Assembly (NCBI GenBank): GCA_951406725.2
Contig: OX597830.1
Location: forward strand, 21,142,001 to 21,206,000
Reading direction: 5' to 3'
DNA length: 64,000 nt
Source of the DNA: Octopus vulgaris
Lineage: Eukaryota
Each line of letters begins with the position of its first letter. Position 1 is the stretch's first letter. The position numbers and the translations under genes are program-made. This document shows positions 28,994-42,942 of this stretch, in pieces. The notes beneath the pieces are model-generated. The model was not told the DNA's origin and did no database searches. It saw nothing but the letters and a program-made list of their open reading frames with translations.

Positions 28994-30582
28994 ATGTGAT
29001 GCTGGTAGTAGAGATTTTGGTGTACCTGTTTGCAGTGATAATGTTGATATGTGTGTGTGTGTTTGTGTTTAAGGCACTTGTATGTGTGTATAAGGTTCTA
29101 GTGGGTGTGTGTGTGTGTCTGTGTTGTTGTTTGGCCCATGTGCTGCTGTTTACATCTTTCTTGTATACATGTTTGTTATTCTACACATGTGTCTTATACA
29201 TAAATATAAGTGCATATCTGCATGGCCATGACTAATGATTGGAACAAGTGAAAGATAACAATCAAAAGGTGTGTGTGTGTGTGTGTGTAGCCTAAGCCAT
29301 CATATTTTTGTTATATATTATTATAAGCTGAACCATACAGCACAGTAACAAACGGTTTCCAACTTTGTCACAAGGCCTCAAAGTTGATGTGGTGAAGTAC
29401 ATACAGTAGGGGGGGGGTCATTTAACTCAAACCCCCCTTCACTGTATTTCACTGGTACTTTCTTTGTCTTATCAGTCCCAGAAGGGTTGAAATACAAAAT
29501 TGTTTTCATCAGGATTTGAACCCAGAATGTAAAGAACTGCACCTATTTCGTCTGTCATCCAATGGTTTTTTTGCCAATTCCGTTAAAAACCATTGCAGTG
29601 ATATTTCATACCATACAAAATACGGATTATTATCAGTTGATAAATGTTATTGTCATCGCCAGCATCATCTTCATCTGCAACAGTGGTGCTGTCATCGTCA
29701 GCATCCTCAACAGCAGCACTGCTGGCATCGCTGTTGTTTACCTCATTACCATCATCAATATTGTTCTTGTTGTCATCATCATCATCATCATCATCATCAT
29801 TCTCATCATCAGTCTTATCACCATCATTGTCGTCATCATCATTATCATAACCATCATCATAATCATCATAATCATAATCATCATCATTATCATAATCAGC
29901 ATCATCATAATCATCCTCATCATTTATGTATATTTATTTGCTTGATTTGTGTGTGTGGATGGGTGTAAGCTTTATGCGTTTGTATGTTTATGTGCAATGT
30001 ATTTCTATGTACACGTGTGTGACTTGGGTTTTTTGGGGGGTTTTTTCGGGTATGTACACGTTCATGCACGAGTGTGTATATGCGCTTCTGTTTACATTTA
30101 GAATACAAGCATCTTTCTATGTATATATATTTGCACTTCTACTCTATAGTTTTGCCTATATACATCTATGTATGTATTTGTGTAACCGCTTACTTGCGTG
30201 TGTCTGTTTATATTCGTTGTTTTTTTTACTGCGTGTATTTTAAAAAATTCCATGGTTATGTTTACATGTGCCTCACGTGTGTATATATATGTGTGTGTGT
30301 ATATTGAATTTGTTATGTCTAATCATGTATGTTTACTGTGTGTACATATGTCTGTTTCTACACCTTTGTCTATTCTAGATATAATCTGTATGTATGTGTG
30401 TGTATATATAAATATATATATATATATATATTCTTCCCAAATATTCTGTTTGTGTGCTCACGTGTGTTTGTATGTCTGTACCTACTTACCTGAAAATATC
30501 TGTAATGTATTTACTTATGTATGTATATGTATGTGTGTATATATATATATATGTTTTTTTTTTTTTTTTTTTATATATATAT

Positions 30583-30615
<33 letters not shown>

Positions 30616-30631
30616 GTATATATATATATGT

Positions 30632-30723
<92 letters not shown>

Positions 30724-30741
30724 TTCTGAAAATGTTTGGAG

Positions 30742-31011
30742 CAGTGTTTCTCAACTATTTTTTTTTTCTTTTCACCTATGAACCCCTTTGGTTCCTCTCT
30801 TCCTCTGATGTTCCCTAGCCATTCAATGTTTAAAAATTACAATTATATTTTTTTTTATAAGAAAATATTATCAGGATTTGTATAAAAAGAAAATCGTTAA
30901 AATATTTTTTTTGTGTATTGTAAAAATACAATCAATTAAACATAAGTTTTATCACAACAGAATCTTACATGGACCTTGAAGGATCATGCAGATTCCGGTT
31001 AAGAACTACTG
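30742..31011. mobile_element. Decayed hAT-like MITE
   Basis: Termini cagtgtttctcaac ... ggttaagaactactg; related copies near 46535-46719, 51335-51956 and 55595-56604. Confidence 0.6.
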
Positions 31012-32117
31012 AGCTAGGGGTTGTGTGTGATAGATGAATGTGTTTATCAGGGTAGTTGATAATCTGTACCTTTCTTTTGTATCTCCTGTCTTCATCTCTA
31101 TATAATTCCTGTGTCTGATATATGTCTTAGTGTGTCTGCATACCTGTTCAACAAGGTATATTAATCTATGTGTACAATACGTATATATATATACCTGTCT
31201 ACGTTTGTGTACATGTGCTTGCATAAGAACCCTATAACTACTCTTATCGACCAGTCTCCACTCGTTGTTGTTGCTTTCACTGTTTTCCTGTTTACCTGTA
31301 ATCACTATCACCTTGATTAATATCGGATCACTGATGTTCCATTGATTGAGTTATTTATCGGTTTATTTCTTACACACAAATTTACTTGTCTTATAAGTGA
31401 TTATGTGCTCATTAGCTCAGCCATTTAATTATAGATGACTGTTAGTTACTTTTAATTTAGTACCTGTTAATGGTTTAACCTAAAGCATCCAATTAATTAC
31501 CTCTCTCGTTATCGGTTACCTGGTAATTGCACCTGTTACCTGGTAGTTACAACTGTTACTTGGAATTTACACCTGATACATTATGCATTACCTATCTTGT
31601 TACCTGTTACCTGAATTTACCTCTTGTTACTTGGTAATTTCAGCTATTACCTATTGCTGCAACTGTTACTCGGAATTTACACCTAATAACATGATAGTTA
31701 TGCATTACCTATCTCGTTTCCTGTTACCTTTGTTACTTGGTACTTGCACCTGTTAACCTATTACCTAATTACACCTGTGTTATTACTGGTTAACAAGTTA
31801 CATCTGTCTCACTGGATTGATTGCTTAGCTATTTTACCTGTCAGTGCATTTCCAACAGGGTGAGTGATGACAGGGAGTATTTGTAACTCAGCATGGAACA
31901 AATATAACAAAAGACCACTGATGTTTACATCATTCATCCCAGTGTTTCCATCCTTCATTCAACAAAAGATAGAAACTATCGGAACCCATTGCATGTGTGA
32001 GTGTGTGTGTGTGTGTGTGTGTGTATGATATTTGTCACATTCTTCCGTTGGAGCAATGAGGGCCACCCAGTCGTCCTTAAAGGATGCCTGATAACTTAAA
32101 GTGAATAAGAATTACAT

Positions 32118-32456
32118 ACCTATTTCTTTACTACCCACAAGGGGCTAAACACAGAGAGGACAAACAAGGACAGACAAATGGATTAAGTCGATTATATCGA
32201 CCCCAGTACGTAACTGGTACTTATTTAATCGACCCCGAAAGGATGAAAGGCAAAGTCGACCTCAGCGGAATTTGAACTCAGAACGTAGCGGCAGACAAAA
32301 TACCACTAAGCATTTCGCCCGGCGGGCTAACGTTTCTGCCAGCTCGCCACCTTAAAATCGACCTCGGCGGAATTTGAACTCAGAACACAAAGACAGACGA
32401 AATACCACTAAACATTTCACTCGGCAGGCTAATGTTTCTGCCAGCTCGCCGCCTTA
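32118..32456 (-). mobile_element. tRNA-derived SINE family B (Nin/Deu-domain type) with a duplicated head
   Basis: Reverse complement contains gagttcaaattccgc (B box) and gtcgactttgcctttcatcctttcggggtcgat..taagtaccag, which resembles the Nin/Deu central domain. Confidence 0.85.
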
Positions 32457-32881
32457 AGAATTACATACCATCAGCCTCACACTTTTGTCTATGACCATTT
32501 TCTGACCAGTGGCAAGACCAGGTCAAGACAACTGGTGATAGAGATGGATGCAGTGGCTGTCCAAGATGTCCTGCTTGCCTCGTCTCCTCATCTTACTCGC
32601 TCTGCGCTCCACACAATGCATTCCTGCAGCTACCTTCCTCTCTGTTACACCACGAAGGTTTTTTTCCTTGCAGAGTCTACCAGACCCTGTCATCATGTGC
32701 ATAGGTCAGCAAGCTATGAGTGTCGTATGAAAATATGTAGTTTCATACCCCATCGGTTGCAATGATAAGGGTTTCATCTGATCGACAGAACAGCCTGCTT
32801 GTGAAATTAACATGCAAGTGGATGGGTGCTCCACAGACACATATACCCACAACATAATCCTCAGGGAGGTTCAGTATTATT

Positions 32882-33113
32882 AAGGCGGCGAGCTGGCAGA
32901 AGCGTTGGCATGCCAGGCGAAATGCTTAGCGGTATTTCGTCTGCCGTTACGTTCTGAGTTCAAATTCCGCCGAGGTTGACTTTGCTTTCATCCTTTCGGG
33001 GTCGATAAATTGAGTACCACTTACGCACTGGTTTCGATGTAATCAACTTAATCCCTTTGTCTGTCCTTGTTTGTCCCCTCTACGTTTAGCCCCTTGTGGG
33101 CAATAAAGAAATA
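32882..33113 (+). mobile_element. SINE family B, full length
   Basis: aaggcggcgagctggcagaa...gagttcaaattccgccgagg...ccccttgtgggcaataaagaaata. Confidence 0.85.
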
Positions 33114-33927
33114 AGGGAGATTCAGTATTATACAGTGTGACAAAGCTGACCCTTTGAAATATAGGTACTACTCATTTTTGACAGCTGAGTGAACTGAGGC
33201 AATGTGAAATAAAGCATCTTGCTCAAGGACACAATATGCTGCTAGATATTGAACTCATGGCCTTATGATGGTAAGCCGAATACCCTAACCACGTAGCCAC
33301 CTTTAGAAGACATTTATGTAAATGTGTGTATTAAAAGAAAATGCGCTGTGGCCACTCTGGTTTATTTCTCTCTGGTTGTTTTCTTTTGAAGCTCTTATAT
33401 ATGGATAGGCTGAGATAGATAGGTAGGGGGCAACTGTGTAGTTGGCATCCACCAGATTCCGCTTACATGGTATTGGCCAATCCAAGACTTATCAGTACGG
33501 TGCTATGCAGTGGCATCAAACCTGGATCCAAAGCAAAATTCTTGGCCCCTCAGTCATACCTAGATGATGCAGGTGTGTGAGATGCAAAGTGAGAGGGTGG
33601 TGCTGGTGCAAGAAAGATAACCAGCAAATTTACCATTCCACTCGTGTAAACATGGGAACATGCTGGTAACAGTAAGCATAGCTGGTGGGGAAGGAAGAAG
33701 GGAGGATCAACAGGGGCAGTCTACCCTGGGAAATGCTTTTATGTCGAGGGTGGTCATCCATTACAGCTTCAACTGCGACTGACCATCGGATATAGTCAGC
33801 ATTTGTGAAGGAATATAGTGAACTCATTGGTCAGGGCCAGTTCAACCCGCCCTAGTTGAATGCCACCATAAGTACACATAATGCCTTTTTATGGGAGTAC
33901 TACTCTTGAGCCTGCTGTATGAACCAG

Positions 33928-34151
33928 TATACAAGGGGGGAGGGGTTAAAAAGTTCTTGGCTTTAAGGGTGTTGCGAAAGGCCTGGTTGGAGGCCCAACT
34001 TCCTGAGTTCTTTTACAGGGCTTAGAAAAACTGAAGGACCGCTGCAATAAGTATATGAATATGAGAGGAGGATATGTTGAATAAAATCATAATTAACTGA
34101 TTCTCCTGTATTTTCTTTTACCCAAAGCCAGGAACTTTACAGCACCACTTC
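33928..34151 (+). mobile_element. mariner-derived MITE (second copy at ~53326-53515)
   Basis: Inverted ends aaaagttcttggcttt / aaagccaggaactt; internal GLEKLKDRCNKYMNMRGGYVE* resembles the mariner transposase C-terminus. Confidence 0.75.
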
Positions 34152-35528
34152 AATGGTTGGTGTGGGCTCCAAAATCTCAAAGGCTAACCCTCAGTGGCAC
34201 ATACACTCCGGCTGTGCCACTGGTTGGTGAGAAATTAGGTGTCCAAGACTTTGATACACAAAGTAGTGAATACATATGGATTTCTTTGTTTTTATAGCTT
34301 TAGTTTATAGAATTGCAACCAGGATATGACTGGTAGTACCTATTTGTGATAAGGTCCAAGAACTTTGAGGTGTCTTTATGTTGGTTTTAGTAAGAATCGA
34401 ACTTAGAATAATACTGTAACATTATTTTGGTTGGATGTTCCCTCATTTATTTTTCAATTTCTCTGTCTGTCTGTCAGTCTCTCTCTTCTCTCTCTCTCTC
34501 TCTCTCTTTCTCTTTCCATTATATCTGTCTTCCTCCCTATCTCTCTGTCTCTCTTCTTTGTGACTCTTTCTGTGTCTCCTTTTCAGTTGTTTCTGTCTGT
34601 CTGTTTCTCTCTCTCCCTCTTTGTCTACCTGTCTCCTTCTCTCTCTCTCTTTCTGTTTCTATCCCCCTCCCCAGTAGTCTATGTTTCTCCTCCTCTCCTA
34701 ACCTCTTCTCTCTATGAGACTACCTCTCTATCTTTATGTCCTTCAATCTCTCTGTCTCTCTTTCTAACTATCCTCTCCCTGTCAGTCATGTGGCTATCAG
34801 CCTCACTTTCTCTCTCTCTCTCTCCTTTTCTCTCTCTCTCTCCTCCCCCAATCTGTCAGTCATTATAGACAACAATAGATACATTTATACCTGTGGTGGT
34901 TTGATTCCTGTGATTGATATTACACCCACACACACCCCTCTCTCTCTCCCACCTACACACACACACACACACACACACTCACATGTACACACCTACATGC
35001 ATACATGTGTAAATAATGCACTATATAACTACATGCACCAATAAACATGTACAAGGAGAGCCCCCTCCACACACACTCACACACATGTGTCTGTCTACTC
35101 ATGCCCACCTAGGTGAGCCTGTGTTTGTCAGAGGGGGGGGGGGGACAGGGTGGAGGATGGAAGGGGACCGAGGGAGCGGCAGACAGTACATTTGCACATA
35201 TGTTTATATTATTGTCTGCTGATGGTAGAACTTCCTGCTCACACACACACACACACACACAGACACATGCACACACACACAAGCACCTTGTGATAAACAC
35301 ACCCATGTTTTATCTCTCTCTCTATCTACCTATCTCTCACTACCTCTCATTATCTATTTATCTATCTCCACCTGTCCTCCTATTTCTCTCCCTACATATA
35401 TGTGTGTGTGTGTGTGTGTGTGTGCATGTAGGAGTCTATGTGTATGTGTGTATAAATATATATATATATGTATGTATGTATATATACCTTTCTCTTTGTC
35501 ACATAGAATCATATGTGTATATCTCTCA

Positions 35529-35580
<52 letters not shown>

Positions 35581-35583
<3 letters not shown>

Positions 35584-35948
35584 AGTGGCTGTATGGTAAG
35601 TAGCTTCCTTAACAACCACATGGTTCTGGGTTCAGTCCCACTGCATGGCACTTTGAGCAAGTGTCTTCTATTATAACCTCGGGCAGTCCACATCCTTGTA
35701 AGTGGATTTGGTAGACGGAAACTGAAAGAAGCCCGTCGTATATATGTGTGTGTCTGTTTGTTCCCCCAACATCACTTGACAACCGATGCTGGTGTGTTTA
35801 TGTCCCCGTAACTTAGCGGTTCGGCAAGAGACCGATAGAATAAGTACTAGGCTTACAAAGAATAAGTCCTGGGGTCGATTTGTTCGACTAAAGGCGGTGC
35901 TCCAGCATGGCTGCAATCAAATGACTGAAACAAGTAAAGGAGTAAAAG
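35581..35948 (+). mobile_element. SINE family A, full length
   Basis: Head aggagtggctgtatggtaag, core and tail. Confidence 0.88.
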
Positions 35949-35951
35949 ATG

Positions 35952-36026
<75 letters not shown>

Positions 36027-36394
36027 ATATCTTGTTTCAGTCATTAGACTGTGGCCATGCTGGGGCACTTCCTGTTATTGCATGTATCTGTTTGTATGTA
36101 TTATCCACTCACATCTCCTTCTCACATAAACACACTATCTCCACTCATCTCTCTCTTTCTCTCTCTCCTTCATAAATGTAGTCTTTCTCCCTTGTAAAGA
36201 CACATATACACAAGGGCAGAGAGTTGTTTACATAGAGATAAACATACATGCACAGGTAAATACAGGTACTATAACATAGACATCATGTGCTCTGTGTTTA
36301 CCTGTCTGTTTGTCTAGCTCTCCATATATGTTTGTGTGTGTGTGTGTTTGTGTATGTGATTTATAAAAGGTGTGTTTGTGTGCATCTCTGATCT

Positions 36395-36433
<39 letters not shown>

Positions 36434-37258
36434 ATGTATTTATCTGAGTAAACACACATACACACACAATTCTGACTCAGCTTAAACAATGAACAGTTGT
36501 CTCTATTAAATACACAAACCAGCTTTTTTTCTTCTTTTTTTGTATGTGTGTGTGTGTGTGTATGTATTCACTGAACTGAATCCTCCCCTCTTTATTCTAC
36601 AGACCACCACCTACCTCTTCCACTGGTCACTATTTTTACCTGTGATCATAAGATCTCCTCCTATTCATAAAGACCCACTTCATTAGTGGAACATCTGTTT
36701 TGATAATTGTTCAATTATTCTCTTTCCTGAATTCAATAATTTTATTCTTTATATGTCTGTCTGTCTGTACCCATTTATTTATCCCTCTATCTATCTCTCA
36801 CTATCTGTCTATCCATTTTTCTATTCATCCAAATCTTTCTATCAGTTTATCAATCAATTTTTGCATCTATCTATCTATCTATCTGTCTGTCTGTCTGTCT
36901 ATCTATCCATCTATCTATCTATCTGTCTTTCTATCTATCTTTCTATCTATCTGTCTATCTATATGTCTGTCTATCTGTCTATCTATCTAGCTATCTTATC
37001 TATCCTATCTATCTATCTTATCTATCCTATCTATCTATCCTATCTACCTATCTTTCTGTCTGTCTGTCTGTCTATTGATCTACTTATCTATTTCCTTATC
37101 TGTCTGCCTATCTATATCTATTTATTTATTCCTCTATATCTATCTATCTCTCTGTCTATCTATCTACCTTCCACTATTTATCCATCTATTTGTCTATCCA
37201 TCCATTCTTTGTTTATCCATTCTTTTATCTATCTTTCACAATCTATCTATGTCTTTCT

Positions 37259-37475
37259 TATTTCTTTACTGCCCACAAGGGGCTGAACATAGAGGGAACA
37301 AAGAGACAAACGGTTTAATTCGATTATATCAATCCCAATGCATAACTGGTACTTATTTAATTGACCCTGAAAGGATGAAAGGCAAAGTTGACCTCTGCGA
37401 AATTTAAACTCAGAATGTAGCATACTGCTAAGCATTTCGCCTAGTGTGCTATCATTTCTGCCAGCTCGCTGCCTT
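37259..37475 (-). mobile_element. SINE family B
   Basis: Same sequence as 32118-32355. Confidence 0.8.
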
Positions 37476-38719
37476 CTATGTCTTTCTGTCACTTCATCTA
37501 TCTAATAATCTTTCAAACTGTCAATCGATCTATTTATCTATCTAGCAATTTCTGTATCTTTATCTGTTTGTCTCTTTGAATCTCTCTCTGTCTGTCTATA
37601 TGTCTCTCTCTCTCTCTCTCCCTCCCACCATCCGTCAGTACCCCTACCATCATCCTACAGTTATTTGATACCACCTCAGCGTGGACATTTTATAATCTTA
37701 CTGGTGACCAAATGACCATTTATACTGTCATCAACTCACTTGTCTAGATGACCAACTGACCAAATTATATTAGGTATTTGAGACTTTCTTCTAACTCTTG
37801 GACATTTCTATCATAACCCTTTCAACACCGACCACTCCAATCCACCTTTACCATTCATCCTTTTGGTACCAAGTTGAAGTGCTTGGCTTAGTGGTTTGGC
37901 TGTTTGACACATGATCGTAAGATTGTGATTTCAATTCCTGGACCAGTCGACATGTTATGTTCTTGAGCAAAACACATCATTTCACGTTGCTCTAGTCCAC
38001 TCAGCTGGCAAAGGTGAGTGACTCTGCAAAGGGAGGAATATACATTAGAGAAACCAGGGAGCTGGCCTTATGCTCCTTACAGAGTAATGTGGACAAACCC
38101 TAAACCTTTTGATACCAATCAACATGTGGCTGTTCCTAATTCTAAACTTTGTGCTTTCAACTAATCAGAATTAATACATTCCATCAAAATATGCTAATTT
38201 ATATTCTAAACACAAGTTTCGAATTTTGGCACAAGGCCAGCAATTTCAGGGAGAGAGTGTGAGCTGATTAGAATGATCCCAATGTTCAACTGGGACTTAT
38301 TTTATCAACCCCCAAAGGTATAAAAGGCAAAGTTGGTGTCGGCAGGATTTGAACTCTGAACCTGAAATCGGACGAAATTCCACTGATCATTATTTAGTCC
38401 AGCATGGTCGTGATTTTGCCAGATCACCATCTTATTTTGTTTTATGATATTGGTTTTGAATTTTGACACAAGGCCAGCTGTTTTGGATGCAGGGATAAGT
38501 TGATTACATCGATGTCTGTGTTCAACTGGTGCTTAATTTATCAACCTCGATAGGATGAATGACATTGTTGACCTTGGCAGAATTTGAACTCAGGACATAA
38601 AGATGGATGAAATGCCACTAAACATTTTTGTTCAGCGTGATAATATTTCTACCAGCCTGCTACTTTATTTTCTTTTATGATATCATTTATCAACATTCAT
38701 TATATTATCATATGTTTAA

Positions 38720-39545
38720 CCCTTTTGATACCAACCCACCTGAAACCGCCTCTGGCTCTGTAGTACAAATGTCTTGTTTTTATAAGTTTTGAATTAAAAT
38801 CGTCTTCCAAACCTTAGTCACTAGTTTAATGATGTGCAGATTTAATATAGACAAAAACCGAAAGCATTGCAAACGACAGGATCAAAATGTTGGCAGATGT
38901 ATGCAGGAGAGATGGTACATGAATATAATGCATACTCAATGAAAAATTTCTGTGAATTGATTGTAGAAGATACTGATGGAACAAATGTAAATAAGAAAAC
39001 TAGCAAACTGAGGTAGCAACAGAGAACATTTGGTTAGTTATTAGGCATCACTGAGGAGATTAAGATTAACCCTTTCAATACCAACCCAGCTGAAACCAGC
39101 TCTGGCTCTGTAGTACAAATGTCTTGTTTTCATAAGTTTTGAATTAAAATCTTCCATCAGACTTTAGTCACAAATTATGTTCCTAACACTAGCTTAATGA
39201 TAACTAAGTTATTTTACTAAATTCTTTGTTATTTACAAAATTAATTGAACGATACACAGAGCATCTCAAAATGAATATGGCAATGAAAGGGTTAAAATAT
39301 ATAATAGAGAAACAATTCTTAATCCTTTTGATACCAACCCACCTAAAACTGCTGCTGGCTCTCTAGTACAAATGTCTCATTTTCATAAGTTTTGAATTAA
39401 AATCTTCCACCAAACCTTAGTCACAATTTATGTTCCTAACACTAGATTAATGATAACTAAGTTATTTTACTAAATTCTTTGTTATATTTAAAATTAATTG
39501 AACGAAACACTGAGTGTCTCAACAGAAATATGGTAACTAAATGGG
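38720..39545 (+). mobile_element. Cluster of piggyBac-like MITEs, family P2 (38720-~38830 truncated; 39070-39291; 39323-39545)
   Basis: TTAA|CCCTTT...AAAGGG|TTAA-type ends; shared internal ggctctgtagtacaaatgtc..ttttcataagttttgaattaaaatc. Confidence 0.85.
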
Positions 39546-40299
39546 TTAAGACAAGATGACAGAAACATCAACTCTAAAATCTTTTTAGCTATAGGCAACA
39601 AGACCTGAAATTTTGCAGGGAAAGGAGCTTGTCAATATTATATCAACCCTGGTGCTCAACTGGTACTTATTTTTATGAAACCCTGGAAGGATGAAAAGCC
39701 AAGTTGACCTCAGCAGAATTTGATCTCAGATCATAAAGCCATGAAATGCTGCTAATCAGTTTGTCCAGCTTGCTAACCCTCTGCCAGTTCAAATTTTTCG
39801 TTATTTTTCAAAATTAATTGAAACAAAGGCTCTGTATTTTAAGGGAGAGAGACGTAGTAACAAAAGGGTTAACTAAAATACCAGTTAACTGCTAGGGGCC
39901 AATCTAATCGCCTGTTCCCTCATCCAAAGTGTGTGGCCTTGCTTTAAGCTGTTTATTTTAAAAAATCATGAAGAACCCAGAGTGGGGTACAATTTGGCAG
40001 TTCCAATGTTAATTAAGCTTCGTTTTTCTCCCAGACTTTTCTTTGAAGGTTCTACGCTTACCCCCAACCCAACGCCCCTCCTTACACACATGCTCACCAC
40101 TACATTCACCTTCCTCTTTTTGTGGACCCTAAATGCCTTCAGTCTGTAGAAGTAGGGTGGGGAGGGGGCTTTATCAGCTTATCTTCATTTCTACAGATTT
40201 GGTTCCAGACTTCTAAAGTTACTGGCAGCAAATAGTGTGTATATGTCTATGTACTTATATGTGTGTGTGTGTGTATATATATACACATACATACATACA

Positions 40300-40346
<47 letters not shown>

Positions 40347-40426
40347 TGTATCCCATATATTGCATAAATTCTCTTTGTGTTGTCTGTATAAGTAATTTCC
40401 TATTTTTGAGGTGTGTTTGTGTGTGG

Positions 40427-40461
<35 letters not shown>

Positions 40462-40732
40462 CACACACACACATCACACACGTGTGTATGTGTTTATCTA
40501 TATACATAATGAGGCCAAAAGAGAAAGAGAGCACAATTTTGTGTGTGTGTTCATTGCTATATATGCACACACACACACATGTATACATTTACAGGTGTGG
40601 ATGTGTATATAAAAGAACTGTGTGTGTGTGTGTGTGTGTGTGTCTCTGCATGCTCATTTCTCCTACGTGTGTTATTTCAATGTTTGAGCCGTATGCATCA
40701 AGGACCATGTCTGCTTGCGTACACGTATGACA

Positions 40733-40771
<39 letters not shown>

Positions 40772-41654
40772 TGTGTGTGTGCATGTATGTATGTGTGTGT
40801 GTGTGCATGCGCACGGGCCTAATTTGAGGACTTGTGTTTCAAACACCTGGTCTATGACACTGATAAGAGCAAGCTTAACAGGACTGATAACACTTAAGTC
40901 CTGCTGGTACCTCTCACTCCCCCCCTCTCTCTCTCTCTCTCTCTCTTCCCTTTCTATCTGTCTACCCACCCTTTCTATATCTATCTATCTATCTATATAT
41001 CTATCCTCTATGTATCTCTCTATCTCAATATGGATTAGCTAGCTGTATACAAGGCAGCGACTGTGGTGCTTTCTTGCTACAGACTTTTATATCTCTTTGT
41101 CCACAAGACTCAATCAACGTGAAGAAATAATAAACATGTGACGTCACCGGCATAGGTGAAGGTGGTGGTGGCGGCGGCGGTGCGGGGGGGGTTGTTCCTT
41201 TTTTTTGTTATTTTTTTTTTATAATTAATTTTTTTTTATTTCTAGGTTAAGAAGAAATGTGAGATGATGTGATATTGCATTTACACCTTCTGTTAGGGTC
41301 TTGTATGTTGTTGTTGTTGTTGTTGTTGTTGGCGGTGGTGGTGCTGGTGCTAGCGCTTAACCAGTACTGACTGATACAAGATGGGACAAGCTTTTTTAAC
41401 ATGTTCCAAGTTCAAATCTCACCTTGGCCAACTTTGCTTTTTGTCCTTTCAAGAGTTGATAAAATGCTGTACCAGACAAGTATTGTGGCTGATGGTGTCA
41501 ACCATCTCCCTTTCTCTCAAAATTTCATACCTATTTCTTTACTACCCACAAGGGGCTAAACACAGAGAGGACAAAGAAGGACATAATTTCATACCATCTG
41601 ACTAAATCAGAAGCCATTGTTGTTGTTGTTTTTGTTATCGTTGTTGTTGTTATT

Positions 41655-42130
41655 ATTGAGTGAGAGAGCAGCACATGCCATCGAAGTGATACTGGGGTAT
41701 AAATATACGCAGCCCAGTATACCCATCATGACTACCTGTCTGATAAGGGTACTCCAGGCACCTGCATCACCAACCATATGTGTGTGACATGGTGATCTCA
41801 TATCATGATAAACAGCACAAGATCTTGCAGGCAGGTAGGGCTCATTTAGAATTTTACATCAAGTTGAGTAGCCCATCCTGTTCAAAAGATTCCTGAATAA
41901 AGATTGTTTAAGGATGATGAACAAAACACTCTTGTTTCCAGTGGTGAATTATTCAAACCCTAAAGAATCTCTCTCGACACATGGCTATGATGTTCCCTCA
42001 CTACTTCTGCTCATGATCAAAGATGCACATATTGTCAGCCACTAAGGGACATGCTCAACTAATTAAGGTCAAGCAACTGACAAGCAAATATGTGGTACTG
42101 AGCAGAATATTTACTGTAACCAATCTTTCA
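41655..42130 (-). mobile_element. Dispersed repeat, probably the 3' end of a non-LTR retroelement (second copy at ~50124-50385)
   Basis: Two copies start identically (attattgagtgagaNagcag..catgccatc..gtga..ctggggta) next to a (TTA/TTG)n tract that would be the tail on the minus strand. Confidence 0.6.
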
Positions 42131-42470
42131 CACTTACCCTACAGTGTCTTTCTAAAAAAAATAGACAATCATAGAATCAAAATTTCAAAACGAGATAATG
42201 CATGATTAATTCGGAACAATGTGAATAAATAAGAATTGCATTTGGCAGTAACTGGAATGTTAAAGGGTTACAGGCATTCTACCCAGGACCATTATTTTAA
42301 GACATTCAAGAGTGACTTGGAATAGGTTTTGCTGTTATTTCTGGTAAACTAAGTGACCACATAGAGGGGTGTCTTGTTGCATTAATTTATGTCTGCATAG
42401 GAACCCTCTTTGGTTCCTATTTTATTTGGGTGAACCCTTGTAACCATCTAGTGTTTTAAAAATCCTGTTA

Positions 42471-42844
42471 TCTCTCTCTATATAAACGGCAAAATGTCTG
42501 TCTGTGTGTGTGTGTCCTTTATACAAATCCACAATTTTTCAGTTAGAGGGCTCACACTTTCTATGGTCATTCAAAACCGTCCAAGGGTGGTCGTGTACAT
42601 CTTTACATTTCCCCAGTCACCCCGCAAAGCCATTAAAAAATCAATAGAAGTGACTTTTTTGTGAATTTTCTATCCAAAACCCAATCAAAATGCCCGAAAC
42701 TTGATACGCCAATTGAATGCCAGCTAGCTGTATGTGATTGGTCGGAGATTTGGACAGTACTCGCGTGTATGTGCGCACGCACGCACTCAGCTGTATATGA
42801 ATGCACTAGCACTATGACCCGGCATTGCTGGATCATAGTGCTAG
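42471..42844 (+). mobile_element. Non-autonomous Helitron, 98 bp upstream of the main exon
   Basis: A|TC 5' end, 3' hairpin gcactatgacccggc-att-gctggatcatagtgc, CTAG|T end, no target duplication. Confidence 0.8.
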
Positions 42845-42942
42845 TACTCTTATAATTCAGTATCATTATTTGGAATTGTATTAAAAAAAAATTCTAATAT
42901 TTGTTCATCTCATTGCTCTTTGTCTTTTTTTCTTTTCTTCAG

